In this document: one piece after another, positions 20,262 to 29,468 of the stretch
How positions within the stretch are numbered: the first letter of the stretch is position 1
How the letters are laid out: every line of letters begins with the position of its first letter
Assembly: GCA_048882485.1 (NCBI GenBank)
Contig: JBHLRP010000006.1
Coordinates: 42,423-106,422, forward strand
DNA from: Candidatus Thorarchaeota archaeon
GTDB lineage: Archaea > Asgardarchaeota > Thorarchaeia > Thorarchaeales > Thorarchaeaceae
Length of the DNA stretch: 64,000 bases
Direction of reading: 5' to 3'
The notes under the pieces: generated by a model
Seen by the model: only the letters and a program-made list of their open reading frames with translations
What the model was told of the DNA's origin: nothing
The model's database searches: none
Translations under genes and position numbers: made by a program

Positions 20262-20735
20262 CTAGACAAGACGTATGTTCCAGGTGCAATTGTCAGCTCC
20301 AGTGGCTTTGCATAGCTCTTGGAAGACCTTGGCATCAACACCTTTGAACTCTAGGATTACCTCCAGAATCCCGCTGAACGCCTCGCAATAGCCAAATCCT
20401 CTCATTCCCTCTAGCGTGATTTCCTGGCACCAAATGCAATCCCTATCAGCGACTCTTATAGAGCCCCGTGCAGATTTCAGATCCACATCAGTGGGTTTCC
20501 GATCAAAAAGCAACCTGTAGATGCCATCTATAAGCTTTGCAACATCCTCGCGGGTCATCACTGTATCCTTTGTCTTTGATGCGAGCTCGGTTGTAAGGTA
20601 AAGATGAGACCCCATCTCCCTTCCCGTGTCGCGAAGCCGTTGATTAGCCTCATCTATGTTGCTGGTTTCTGATAGGACTCTTTCAACCCATTGAGCATAA
20701 AGACTTACGAATAGTGGGTTTTCGACTTTTGCCAT
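20262..20735 (-). CDS. Bet3/TRAPPC3-like V4R protein
   Basis: LFVSLYAQWV, ANQRLRDTGREMG, YCEAFSGILE, ELCKATGADNCTW. Confidence 0.75.
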   Translation of the reverse strand: MAKVENPLFVSLYAQWVERVLSETSNIDEANQRLRDTGREMGSHLYLTTELASKTKDTVMTREDVAKLIDGIYRLLFDRKPTDVDLKSARGSIRVADRDCIWCQEITLEGMRGFGYCEAFSGILEVILEFKGVDAKVFQELCKATGADNCTWNIRLV

Positions 20736-20759
20736 TTATGTGGACCTCACTCAAGTTGT

Positions 20760-21752
20760 CTAGATAGTCTTGCCAATCATGTTGATACCAAACTTCTTGT
20801 TGCGAGCGATTGTCTGAATCACTTCAGCATTTTGAATGCCTAGTAGTTCTGCGATTTCCTCAGTAGTCCTACTGCCATCACAGAGTCTCAATATCTCAAG
20901 ATCCTCCCCTTTGGCCTTGGACAAGTCTCCGATAAACTTGGGACACTTCACAAATCGACCCATCGTGTCCTCAGAAACAGCTACGGTTTCTTCATCACAC
21001 AACGGAGCCTCCACCATACCCTTTGATGCAGCCCACTTGATAAGTTCAGCAACTCTCTCATTTGGCTGAAACATTGAATCAGCAATTCCTGCAACTGTAG
21101 CAGAACCATCCACTAACATCAGTACATCAAAGCCGAAGTTCCCATGCACCTGCTTCATTTCATTGTGTAGATCTGAATCCAGATTGAGGGCATCTCCGTA
21201 ACTTGGACCTCGCTTCGGAATTGTAGTGGGCTGTACATTGAATGCTTCTGGAGGCTTGGCCGCTTCTTCTGCAATATGTTCGGGCTTTGTCTCAATCAGA
21301 TCCTCAGGTTCCGGCACTACAAACTCAGGCTCACTAGCTTCAGGTGTCGTTGATGCCGCTTGCATTGCTATGCTTTCGAGTACTTTCAGGTTGGATTCTG
21401 CTGATTCCTCAAATTCATCAGGCGGCGGCGGAAGCTCAATGCCCTCCAATAATCTTAGAACATTCTTAGTCTTGGCAATAGCAAGGCCAAGCTGCAACTC
21501 CGTGACATAAAGAACAGTCAGTATCCAATTCAAATCAACGGGAGAGAGGACCACTAGACCTCGGTCCGTGTCGATTGTCATGAGGCGCAAATCGGTCTTG
21601 TATAGATTGATGCTATCCCTGACTCTAGGGAATAGCTCTGAAGGAAAAGAGAAGCTCACAAACGGCCTGCCGGCTTTCGTCATCAGCGAATAGCCGAGCA
21701 CCTGTTCATCGAATCTCAGTTTTGCGAGGGCTCTTTCCAAATCGCTGCTCAT
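20760..21752 (-). CDS. Roadblock/profilin-like N-domain + Pro/Glu linker + two winged-helix domains
   Basis: VLGYSLMTKAGRPF N-domain, PPPP linker, LVDGSATV and LCDGSRTTEEIAELLG repeats; paralog of 23695..24678. Confidence 0.6.
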   Translation of the reverse strand: MSSDLERALAKLRFDEQVLGYSLMTKAGRPFVSFSFPSELFPRVRDSINLYKTDLRLMTIDTDRGLVVLSPVDLNWILTVLYVTELQLGLAIAKTKNVLRLLEGIELPPPPDEFEESAESNLKVLESIAMQAASTTPEASEPEFVVPEPEDLIETKPEHIAEEAAKPPEAFNVQPTTIPKRGPSYGDALNLDSDLHNEMKQVHGNFGFDVLMLVDGSATVAGIADSMFQPNERVAELIKWAASKGMVEAPLCDEETVAVSEDTMGRFVKCPKFIGDLSKAKGEDLEILRLCDGSRTTEEIAELLGIQNAEVIQTIARNKKFGINMIGKTI

Positions 21753-21977
21753 ATTTGCACCTCTATACCGTTTTAGACCAATCTAGGCTTGCCTCTGCTG
21801 GTTTCCATCGGTGGTGGTCTGAAAAGCATTGTGGTTTTGCAAAGAGAGAATTCGTTGACAACTCAATGATTCCCATAGCTCTGATATAATACGGCCAATT
21901 GAATCCGAATCTAGGAAACCGTTAAGAGGGTCATTTATACGCCAAAGCACGACTCGAGGATATCAAGAGGCCACATC

Positions 21978-22616
21978 ATGAGAAATATGTTGGGTGGACT
22001 GCTGGCGGCAATCATTGGTTCGTGGCTACTGGTGTTCATTTTGAATCTGAGCCAGCCAGCCTATCCGCAAGAACTGATATTCCTGTGGGGGCTTCTTACA
22101 GGCAGTCAATACTTGAGTCACACCTACACCCTTCTTTCAGATCCTTTTGCTCTCGTATCGTATTCTGCTGTATGGGTAATCATGGGTTTTATTATAGCTC
22201 CATTCTCGAAGTCTGGATGGAATTCAGTTAGAACTGCAGTCTGGACAGGTGTATGGGTCAGTGTTTGGGCATTGACCTCAATCCTCCTTTTGGATCCTGC
22301 TTTTTGGAGCGATCCAAATCGCAACTGGAGCCTTCTCATATTGTTGACATCAACGATAATGACTGCTAGTATCTCACTTTTGTCAGCATACCCAGCAGCT
22401 AGAATCATTCGACTAGCTTCTCGCGAGAGAGAGCTACCAATCCCGGAGAAGATAGAAACTAGATGCCAGTGTGGAGCGGTGTTCAAGTCAAAACCCATTG
22501 TGTGTTCTGAATGTGGTAGGACACTCCATAATGAGCGCACAATTGACGATAATGCCTACTTATCGTTCTCTGGTGATGCCTCCCCCGAGGATACCACCGA
22601 CTACAGCAGCAATTGA
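21978..22616 (+). CDS. Membrane protein with C-terminal Zn ribbon
   Basis: 4 TMs; CQCG...CSECG. Confidence 0.7.
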   Translation: MRNMLGGLLAAIIGSWLLVFILNLSQPAYPQELIFLWGLLTGSQYLSHTYTLLSDPFALVSYSAVWVIMGFIIAPFSKSGWNSVRTAVWTGVWVSVWALTSILLLDPAFWSDPNRNWSLLILLTSTIMTASISLLSAYPAARIIRLASRERELPIPEKIETRCQCGAVFKSKPIVCSECGRTLHNERTIDDNAYLSFSGDASPEDTTDYSSN

Positions 22617-23153
22617 ACTGTAGATTGATCCATAGAGCACTTTTTCAAGGAGATACATGGAAGGACCTCCAAATAGAGCCATGATATTAAAATCAGGCTG
22701 GATTGCAAAAACAAGCAACCATGTCAAAAACGCTCCAGCTATCACAGCGAATAGAGCAGCAAGAATCCCTGAAAGAATGTCGCGAGCAAAAAGACCAGCC
22801 ATTAGACCGCCAGTCCCCCATGCAAGCGCCATCAAGACGGTCCCGCCTTGTGCACCGGTTCCAAGAATGGCTCCAAGACTTTCCATGCCAACAGGTGCAG
22901 GATATAACACAGTTGAAACAACTGCGAGCCGCAACTCCAAATCGGTATAGGATAGGAAATCGCCGACAATAGTCGACGAGATGAGATCTTCAGGCATGAT
23001 TCCACCAAACGTCAATATGACGAAGGCGATTGCAAAGGCAGTGATTAAGCCTACAAACGTGCCAAGAAGCTGACCCAAGCGCGGTCCTCCGATATGTCTA
23101 CTATGCTCTTCTTGATTCGTGCTTTTATATACATATGCGCGACGGCACGGCAA
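22560..23153 (-). CDS. Gly-rich multi-pass membrane protein (start probably ~23078)
   Basis: 4-5 hydrophobic GxxxG-rich helices. Confidence 0.7.
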   Translation of the reverse strand: MPCRRAYVYKSTNQEEHSRHIGGPRLGQLLGTFVGLITAFAIAFVILTFGGIMPEDLISSTIVGDFLSYTDLELRLAVVSTVLYPAPVGMESLGAILGTGAQGGTVLMALAWGTGGLMAGLFARDILSGILAALFAVIAGAFLTWLLVFAIQPDFNIMALFGGPSMYLLEKVLYGSIYSSIAAVVGGILGGGITRER

Positions 23154-23185
23154 AATTGCCTAGATTCGTGTCGCAATCGGTAATT

Positions 23186-23692
23186 TTATGGATATTTCCT
23201 CAGAGTCCAGGTACAGGCATCATCACCTAGTGCTTTGCAGGATTCTTGGAAGCTATCAGCCTTGAATCCTCTAAGCTCCATGACAGCGTCAAATACTCCG
23301 GAGACAATATTGCAGTATTGTAGGCCAGGCATATCGCTGACCTCAACTCCGGCACATATTGGACAATCATCATCCGTGAACTTAATGGTGTTCTTGTCGT
23401 CGCTGACCCAAATGTCTGTGAACTCTTGGCCAGAATTGACCTTGTATGCCAATCCAAGAGTGTTGGCGAACTCGTGAAACTGGCCTGCGTGTTGCCGAAT
23501 TCTATCGGCGTAGTCCATTAACAGAGTTTCACCCACCTTGAACCCAATCTGCTTCATCTTGCGATTGATTTCTTCCACACTCTCGCTACTCGCCATAAGT
23601 AAATTCATCATCTCTCTATAACTCGCTTGGAATAGAACCTTAGAGACCTTATCGGTCATGAATGACCAAGCAATCTTGCCTTTGATTCCCAT
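23186..23692 (-). CDS. Bet3/TRAPPC3-like V4R protein
   Basis: EEINRKMKQIGFKVGETLLMDY and LQYCNIVSGVFDAVME resemble Bet3 signature segments; ESCKALGDDACTW. Confidence 0.8.
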   Translation of the reverse strand: MGIKGKIAWSFMTDKVSKVLFQASYREMMNLLMASSESVEEINRKMKQIGFKVGETLLMDYADRIRQHAGQFHEFANTLGLAYKVNSGQEFTDIWVSDDKNTIKFTDDDCPICAGVEVSDMPGLQYCNIVSGVFDAVMELRGFKADSFQESCKALGDDACTWTLRKYP

Positions 23693-23694
23693 TA

Positions 23695-24678
23695 TTATGA
23701 CACCTCTGGTTCAGTGTCCATCTTCTTGCTTTTGCGTATGAAACGTAGCGTTTTGCCACGATAGGGAAGTATGCTCTGCAGAGCCTGGAAGTATGGAATA
23801 CCAAGTTCGTGGGATATATCCTGAAGAGAGCGATTTCCATCACATAGAGACAGAAGATCTCGATGTTCTTTCTTTGCTTTCTTTAATTCGCCCTCAAAGA
23901 TTGGCAGCTCAATAATCTCAACGGCGCCAGTTTCTTGCGTATCAGGACACTCCACTCGAACTATCTTTCTGGGTACACACCAGCGAATTACTCCAAGCGC
24001 TTCTTCGACTCCACGGCCAAGACTCTCAGCAATCTTGAAGATTGTCCGTTTCTCATCAGCCATCAGCAGGATATCGATTCCAATATTTGCAAATCTGGCT
24101 TTGATTTCTTTGTTGAGATCGGATTCAAGAGTCATCGTTTCATTATACTTCTCTCCACGAAAGACAACACAACCATGCCTAATCTCTACTTCCGGTTCTG
24201 CTATAGCAGGTTCAACCTCAGCTACTGGCTTCAGCTCTGTTTCAGGCAATTCTGGTTCGATAACAGTTTCTGCAGCCATAGTTCTCGCGGACTCCTCTAC
24301 TTGAACTCGGAGAGGCGGCTCTGGTTGTGGAACAGGAGTAGGCGGTGGAGGTAGAATGACACTTTTCATCAGGTTGATTACTTCCGTTGCCTTCTGAAGA
24401 GCCACTCCAAGCTGCAAGTCTGGCAGGAAAAGTACTGCAAGTACCCAATTCCCATCTACTCTAGACAGGATGACTGTGCCTTCTCCTGTCATGACATTCA
24501 TCATCTTCAAAGAGTCTGAATGAATCCGCATAGCACCTTGTATTTGTGGAAGAACCTCATCAGGAAGAGAAAATGAGAGAAATGGCTGACCATCGTTCGT
24601 GATTAGAGCGTATCCGCTGACAGTATCATCAAATTTGAGTTTGGTCAAAACACGCTCTAATTCCAAGAAGACGTACAC
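23695..24678 (-). CDS. Roadblock/profilin-like N-domain + Pro-rich linker + two winged-helix domains
   Basis: Clear paralog of 20760..21752 (LERVLTKLKFDD, GQPFLSFSLP, LQLGVAL, LCDGNRS). Confidence 0.6.
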   Translation of the reverse strand: MYVFLELERVLTKLKFDDTVSGYALITNDGQPFLSFSLPDEVLPQIQGAMRIHSDSLKMMNVMTGEGTVILSRVDGNWVLAVLFLPDLQLGVALQKATEVINLMKSVILPPPPTPVPQPEPPLRVQVEESARTMAAETVIEPELPETELKPVAEVEPAIAEPEVEIRHGCVVFRGEKYNETMTLESDLNKEIKARFANIGIDILLMADEKRTIFKIAESLGRGVEEALGVIRWCVPRKIVRVECPDTQETGAVEIIELPIFEGELKKAKKEHRDLLSLCDGNRSLQDISHELGIPYFQALQSILPYRGKTLRFIRKSKKMDTEPEVS

Positions 24679-24708
24679 CTATTTTCCATTTGTAGTTGCT
24701 CGAAAGTA

Positions 24709-25827
24709 TCAAACACGGTTAACAAGTCTTTCGCCGAGAGACTCAAGGCTGGGTTCGGAACGAAGAAAAGCTATTGTTTCCGCACGGGTGGGGTGGGAGG
24801 CGTCCACAGAAGAAACGTATTGTGATGCGACTGCATTAGCAAGTGATAGTCGGTCGAAGTCCTCCAGTTTCTGAAGTGTGCCAAAGATGTCCCCTGCATT
24901 CCATGCATCTCCAGCCCCACATATAATCCGACTTACCACGTTAAATGTAGGAACCACAGTGAGTTTGTCATCCATGATTGAAGCAGTGAAATGTTGGGTA
25001 TGCAGATCAATCCTTGTTCCTGTTTCTGTTGATACCAACTTGGCGGCGGAGAGCCAGTGCTCAGGTTCTGAAGAAAGATGTTCCCAATGGCTGCTCTTTC
25101 CACTGATAGCCCATGCAAACCAACGAGCTTCATTCTCATTCAGACTCACAATGTCAACCAAGCCCTCACCCAAGATGTTCCTAGCTAGCGGTTCAACTAT
25201 ATCCAAATTACCTGATGGGTCACCAACATCCATGAATCTGATGGCCTTGGAGGAGGCTCCAACCATCTCAAAAAGGTCATGTGCAAGTTCAGGTGCATTA
25301 GGATTGTGGTTCAAGTTAAGTAGAGCGACTAGATTACTTGCTTGGATTGCTGACAAATCCCTCTCGGTGAGGTCTGAGAATGAGAACTCTGCAGCAGAGC
25401 CACTATCACTCACCATTAGATTCACTCGTCTACCCTCATGTTCAAGCTCTATTGATACTGTTGAAGATAATCTGCCGTCGGTGTGAACATGACTGAGATC
25501 AAGGTCGGAACTAACGAGTGTTGGAAGAATCGCTGAACCATAATCATCTGTCGTGATGATTAGCACAGGATTCAGACCAAGCGCTAGAAGGGCTGATGCG
25601 GTGTTTACAGAGTTGCCCCCTCGACGTAGGAACTGCTTGTTGCCTAGTAGATTTCCTCCACCCTGCTTCGCCAATGCTGTCAGACCTTTAATGAACTCAT
25701 CAAATTGCCCTGCAATAACAAAATGATCAACATAGAAGTCTGGCAGAATTACAGGTCGTCCCACATCAATTGGCGTTTCCAGAGCTTTGATGAGCCGGTT
25801 GTACTCCAGCTCTATCGCCTCCATCAA
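24709..25827 (-). CDS. PfkB-family carbohydrate kinase
   Basis: GGNSVNTASAL, LNENEA, CGAGDAWNAG. Confidence 0.88.
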   Translation of the reverse strand: MMEAIELEYNRLIKALETPIDVGRPVILPDFYVDHFVIAGQFDEFIKGLTALAKQGGGNLLGNKQFLRRGGNSVNTASALLALGLNPVLIITTDDYGSAILPTLVSSDLDLSHVHTDGRLSSTVSIELEHEGRRVNLMVSDSGSAAEFSFSDLTERDLSAIQASNLVALLNLNHNPNAPELAHDLFEMVGASSKAIRFMDVGDPSGNLDIVEPLARNILGEGLVDIVSLNENEARWFAWAISGKSSHWEHLSSEPEHWLSAAKLVSTETGTRIDLHTQHFTASIMDDKLTVVPTFNVVSRIICGAGDAWNAGDIFGTLQKLEDFDRLSLANAVASQYVSSVDASHPTRAETIAFLRSEPSLESLGERLVNRV

Positions 25828-25842
25828 TGAACTGATGCAACA

Positions 25843-26307
25843 TCAGATCTTCTTTAATGCAGCCTTCACCATGGCTGTGATTCGGTTTTCATCAATGCCC
25901 GTTTTCTTGGCCACTTTATCAATCTCACAATATGCCAAATCGGATAATGACTTTATGCCAGCCTCTACTAGCTTCTGTGCCTCATCCTTTTTGACCGCTC
26001 GTAGTGATGACAGCTCTTCTACCGCCTTGTCATCTTTCTTTGTCCTTTTCGGCTTGGCTACTTCAATCTTGGTCATCTGAGCAACAAGTTCATCGAGGTC
26101 CTTGATATACTGCTTTAAAGCTTCCACGTTCTCTTCATGGGTCGTCTTCCGTCTGACATCTATTATGAGGCCCATCCGGCGTGCCTCTTCAATCGCCAGT
26201 CCAGCCTTCTTTGTTTCATCAATACTAAAACCTCGTCCGCGCCGTGGATCTGCTTTGCTAGGCGACTTAACGAGGGGTTCTGCTGCTATTTCAAAGGTCA
26301 AGGACAA
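25843..26307 (-). CDS. rpl13e: 50S ribosomal protein L13e with C-terminal HhH extension
   Basis: RRGRGFSIDE...AGL...GLIIDVRRKT..EENVEAL; extension ELSSLRAVKKDEAQKLVEAGIKSLSDLA; GGTGA SD-like sequence at the start. Confidence 0.9.
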   Translation of the reverse strand: MSLTFEIAAEPLVKSPSKADPRRGRGFSIDETKKAGLAIEEARRMGLIIDVRRKTTHEENVEALKQYIKDLDELVAQMTKIEVAKPKRTKKDDKAVEELSSLRAVKKDEAQKLVEAGIKSLSDLAYCEIDKVAKKTGIDENRITAMVKAALKKI

Positions 26308-26339
26308 TCACCAAATTCGGCACGCCAGCCTGAGGACTA

Positions 26340-26354
26340 CTTATTAGGCTTTCG
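26340..26354 (-). promoter_or_regulatory. Putative BRE-TATA of rpl13e (CGAAAG-CCTAATAAG), overlapping cassette-site core copy 1
   Basis: About 33-45 nt upstream of the rpl13e start; purine-rich BRE-like element followed by a TATA-like box. Confidence 0.6.
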
Positions 26355-26362
26355 AGATGGCA
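26342..26362 (+). repeat. Cassette site copy 1 (core only, rpl13e-proximal)
   Basis: TATTAGGCTTTCGAGATGGCA; preceded by inverted AGCCT (26327-31) rather than the cassette palindrome. Confidence 0.9.
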
Positions 26363-26565
26363 AGAGTCTGCATATTCGTGTACGCTAATAGGCAAATTAG
26401 TTTTCGAGGGATTTTAATGGTGCATAGATTATACAAAGAAGTACTCAATCGTAGATATATGAACCATTCATCACAAGCGTTATGGCAAGCACTCTCTGTT
26501 GCTAAAAGGATGCCCCCACCTACCAAACTAACTTCTCAATGGATATTGAGATAAGAGCGATGGTT

Positions 26566-27387
26566 CTATTCAAACTTTTCAAACTTATCTTTAGGCAATT
26601 TTGAAGACCGAAGCAAACCTTTCTGTTTCTCAATCTTCTCCTCTTGCTCATCTGAAGGTCGTATCAAACGTTTCTGCTCATCAATCTTCAACCTTCGCTC
26701 TTCAGTGAGTCTTGTTGGATCAATCTTCCCTTCACGAAGTATCTCCTTGAATTCATCGATGAGGTAATCCTTGATTGTGCAAAGTGAGCCACTTTCATAC
26801 CTATCGCATTCTCGGATCATATCTGGAAAATAGTAAAAGCTTTCCCTCATCAAATAATGTATCGCCATGTCATCATCATAATAGTCTGGTTCTTTTTCAA
26901 GAACAAACAAGTAATATTCCTCTATTATATGGACATCGAGAATATCATCACTATATGCAATCTTCTTTGGATACGATTTCGCATACTCCTTCAGGATACA
27001 GAAATCAACATCAGTCATAATAGAAGCGATATGTTCTGCTATAGACTTCTTCACAGTGCGAATAATACTCAACTGGCTATCCAATGCCCCATCTTGAATG
27101 CGTTCTTTCAATTCAGCATCATAGATCCAATATCTAGAGAATTCAACTAGTCCTTCAAGTTCATCTTGAATCTTTGACGGTAATTTCGAGAAGCTAGGAA
27201 AGGTTCTGAGAGCAAAGAATGAAGGTCCAGCCTTTTCATACTGCTCCTGTATCCCACGGTTCGTAGTCTTCTCATGTCGATTTCGATCAATCTTCTCGAG
27301 AATTGTGAGAATCGTACTAATCGAGTGGTCTTCATCTTTCGACTCTCGTGTTGGCGAGATTACACCTCTGTTGTCATCATCGCTAAT
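26566..27387 (-). CDS. Cassette 1 hypothetical acidic protein (frame open to an ATT codon at 27387; 273 aa)
   Basis: Frame of track ORF 26566..27111 stays open 92 more codons to ATT-AGC-GAT-GAT (ISDD), next to an in-frame TAG. Confidence 0.6.
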   Translation of the reverse strand: MSDDDNRGVISPTRESKDEDHSISTILTILEKIDRNRHEKTTNRGIQEQYEKAGPSFFALRTFPSFSKLPSKIQDELEGLVEFSRYWIYDAELKERIQDGALDSQLSIIRTVKKSIAEHIASIMTDVDFCILKEYAKSYPKKIAYSDDILDVHIIEEYYLFVLEKEPDYYDDDMAIHYLMRESFYYFPDMIRECDRYESGSLCTIKDYLIDEFKEILREGKIDPTRLTEERRLKIDEQKRLIRPSDEQEEKIEKQKGLLRSSKLPKDKFEKFE

Positions 27388-27521
27388 CTAATCCAACCCC
27401 CTGTACAAACGAGAAGTGCTCTACGATTTATGTCTTCCCAGCTCAGATGTGTTGCAATATCAACTCTGGTAGTATTATATGATATGTTAAAAGTGGAAGA
27501 CAGAAGGGAGTTGCCAAACAG

Positions 27522-27591
27522 ATTTATTCAGATGCGCGTTTAAGTATATATTAGTTGGCAGGAGTTCGCCTATTAGGCTTTCGAGATGGCA
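27522..27591 (+). repeat. Cassette site copy 2
   Basis: ATTTATTCAGA-TGCGCG-TTTAAGTATAT-ATTAGTTGGCA-GGAGTTCGCC-TATTAGGCTTTCGAGATGGCA. Confidence 0.9.
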
Positions 27592-27619
27592 AGGAATCGC
27601 CGTTAGTTCATAGTGATTA

Positions 27620-27820
27620 CTAGCGTTTCATTGACAGGACAAGTGCCTCTGTCAATACTCCTAGAGCAAAGAGAGCAGCCAGAGGGAGAATGACGAATAT
27701 GAAGGGGACTTCAGGGCTCATACCTGGAGGGTGAATGTCCAGAAGTATGAACACTATAGTAGCCACTATCAGAATGCCAGAGATCAGAATTAACTTTCTG
27801 GGTCTACTCATGGAGTCCAA
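27620..27820 (-). CDS. Cassette 2 small two-TM membrane protein
   Basis: 66 aa, two hydrophobic helices; paralog at 31959..32189. Confidence 0.75.
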   Translation of the reverse strand: MDSMSRPRKLILISGILIVATIVFILLDIHPPGMSPEVPFIFVILPLAALFALGVLTEALVLSMKR

Positions 27821-27906
27821 TTGATTTCCCTGTAGCCTTCACTCTTTGTACACATATGCTTTTGGACAACTCACAGTTCACTACGAAGAAGACTATCATT
27901 CGGAGC

Positions 27907-27976
27907 CTTTACTTAGATAGGCGTTTAAGTATATACTAGGAGGCAAAAGGCCGCTTATTAGGCTTTCGAGATGGCA
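27907..27976 (+). repeat. Cassette site copy 3
   Basis: CTTTACTTAGA-TAGGCG-TTTAAGTATAT-ACTAGGAGGCA-AAAGGCCGCT-TATTAGGCTTTCGAGATGGCA. Confidence 0.9.
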
Positions 27977-28144
27977 ATGAAATGCGTATTATGTAGGAGT
28001 GACTGGCATTGACTGAGGCCGTTTGCTTTCCTGTAATACCTCCAGAACGAGCACTACCACCTGTGCTTGAGGATAGCATTGCACGTTTGTGAATGAATCA
28101 CATGACGCTCATTCTTGATTCTGAGTTTCTTGCCTATTAGTGGT

Positions 28145-29242
28145 TCAAGTTCTCCTCATTCTCAATAGAAACAAGCCAAGTATTGCTGCCCCCACAATCA
28201 ATACTATGAGTATAGGATATAAAAGAGGTATGATTCCTGGATATGTCCTCGGAAATCTGTCTTCGTGTCCTGATGAACCATCAATCAAGTATGTGCCAAA
28301 TCCGAAATAATCATCCCAATAGTTGCCTAATTGATTTGAGTCATCCCAAGTGTTATTTGTTCCTCGATCGCGTGCATTGGACACTCCGTTTCGTAGAAAG
28401 TAATTCTCATAAAGCACATTTCCAGATCCTTCCAAATCAATCCCATACCCTGAGTTGTCAGAAAGGATGTTTCCAATGAATTTACAGTTCATCGCAAAAG
28501 CAGTTATGCCATAGGCACCAGAATCAGCAATATTGTTTTGTAGCACCTCAATCTGTGATATTTCATCCAGGTGCATTCCATGACTATTGCTTGAGTGAAT
28601 TGAGTTTGAAATGATTCTTAAATTGGATGCATTACTGAGATGCATACCAGTCGATTGAGAGTCTGTAATTTGATTGTCTACAATACTTGTGTTCGTTGCG
28701 TCTATCATATCAATTCCTGAGTTCAACATCACATTACTAGAAAACGCACAATTATCAACACGGATTGCGTAGATGCCTTGACTTTGTTGTGACCGTACAT
28801 CGTTACCAGTCATGTTAGTATTCTCGCACTCGACCAAAAGGACACACGCTGCATTCCCATCAATATCACAGTCCTCGATGATACCGTTTTCGACATTTAT
28901 GAGTTCGATAGCATTGTAGCCAAGTGCTGTGCTTTCAAACCAATAGGACTCCAGCTGACAGTTTCTAATGGTGAAATATACAGTAGTATTGCTAATTGAG
29001 ATACAAGAGGTGTTTGTAAAAATCCGTATATTCTCAATGATGAAGGGATGCGCGACAGAGCCATCCCCAGGCCACCCTTGTTCAGTGAAATTTGAGTCAT
29101 CCGAAATGACTATTGGCGGATGATCTGTAGTAGCAATAGCGGCGTCAAGAGTTAATCGATTAATGGTGGTATATGCAAGAAAGGGTATTGAAACAATTAC
29201 TAGTAGAATTGCAACTGATGTTACACGCCACACCGAATTCAC
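28145..29242 (-). CDS. Cassette 3 surface-anchored right-handed beta-helix (NosD/PbH1-like) protein
   Basis: N-terminal signal/TM, WPGDGS..PFIIEN, Asn-rich GI/GM repeats, GNYWDDY, C-terminal TM. Confidence 0.85.
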   Translation of the reverse strand: MNSVWRVTSVAILLVIVSIPFLAYTTINRLTLDAAIATTDHPPIVISDDSNFTEQGWPGDGSVAHPFIIENIRIFTNTSCISISNTTVYFTIRNCQLESYWFESTALGYNAIELINVENGIIEDCDIDGNAACVLLVECENTNMTGNDVRSQQSQGIYAIRVDNCAFSSNVMLNSGIDMIDATNTSIVDNQITDSQSTGMHLSNASNLRIISNSIHSSNSHGMHLDEISQIEVLQNNIADSGAYGITAFAMNCKFIGNILSDNSGYGIDLEGSGNVLYENYFLRNGVSNARDRGTNNTWDDSNQLGNYWDDYFGFGTYLIDGSSGHEDRFPRTYPGIIPLLYPILIVLIVGAAILGLFLLRMRRT

Positions 29243-29398
29243 TATGACAATATATACTAATTCTGTTATTGAAGTTTATCCCAGAAGATGCTCTAGATTT
29301 GTGAAGATCCCAATTCTTAATTGATTCCTTAAATTCTCAACAAAAGGCATCCTTGAATCGAATACGTAATAGTATCACTATGGAGACAGGAATGATGA

Positions 29399-29468
29399 TT
29401 TTGTTCAAATTCGCCTTTAAGCAAAGACTAGTTCGCAGGTTCCTGCTTATTAGGCTTTCGAGATGGCA
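29399..29468 (+). repeat. Cassette site copy 4
   Basis: TTTTGTTCAAA-TTCGCC-TTTAAGCAAAG-ACTAGTTCGCA-GGTTCCTGCT-TATTAGGCTTTCGAGATGGCA. Confidence 0.9.

Noticed and set aside
27147-27543. Track ORFs 27147..27335 (-) and 27274..27543 (+)
   Set aside because: They overlap the extended cassette 1 frame and the att-like site and lack protein-like features.
28132-28140. GCCTATTAG matching the start of site copy 2
   Set aside because: Only 9 nt, with no core continuation or upstream palindrome; likely chance.
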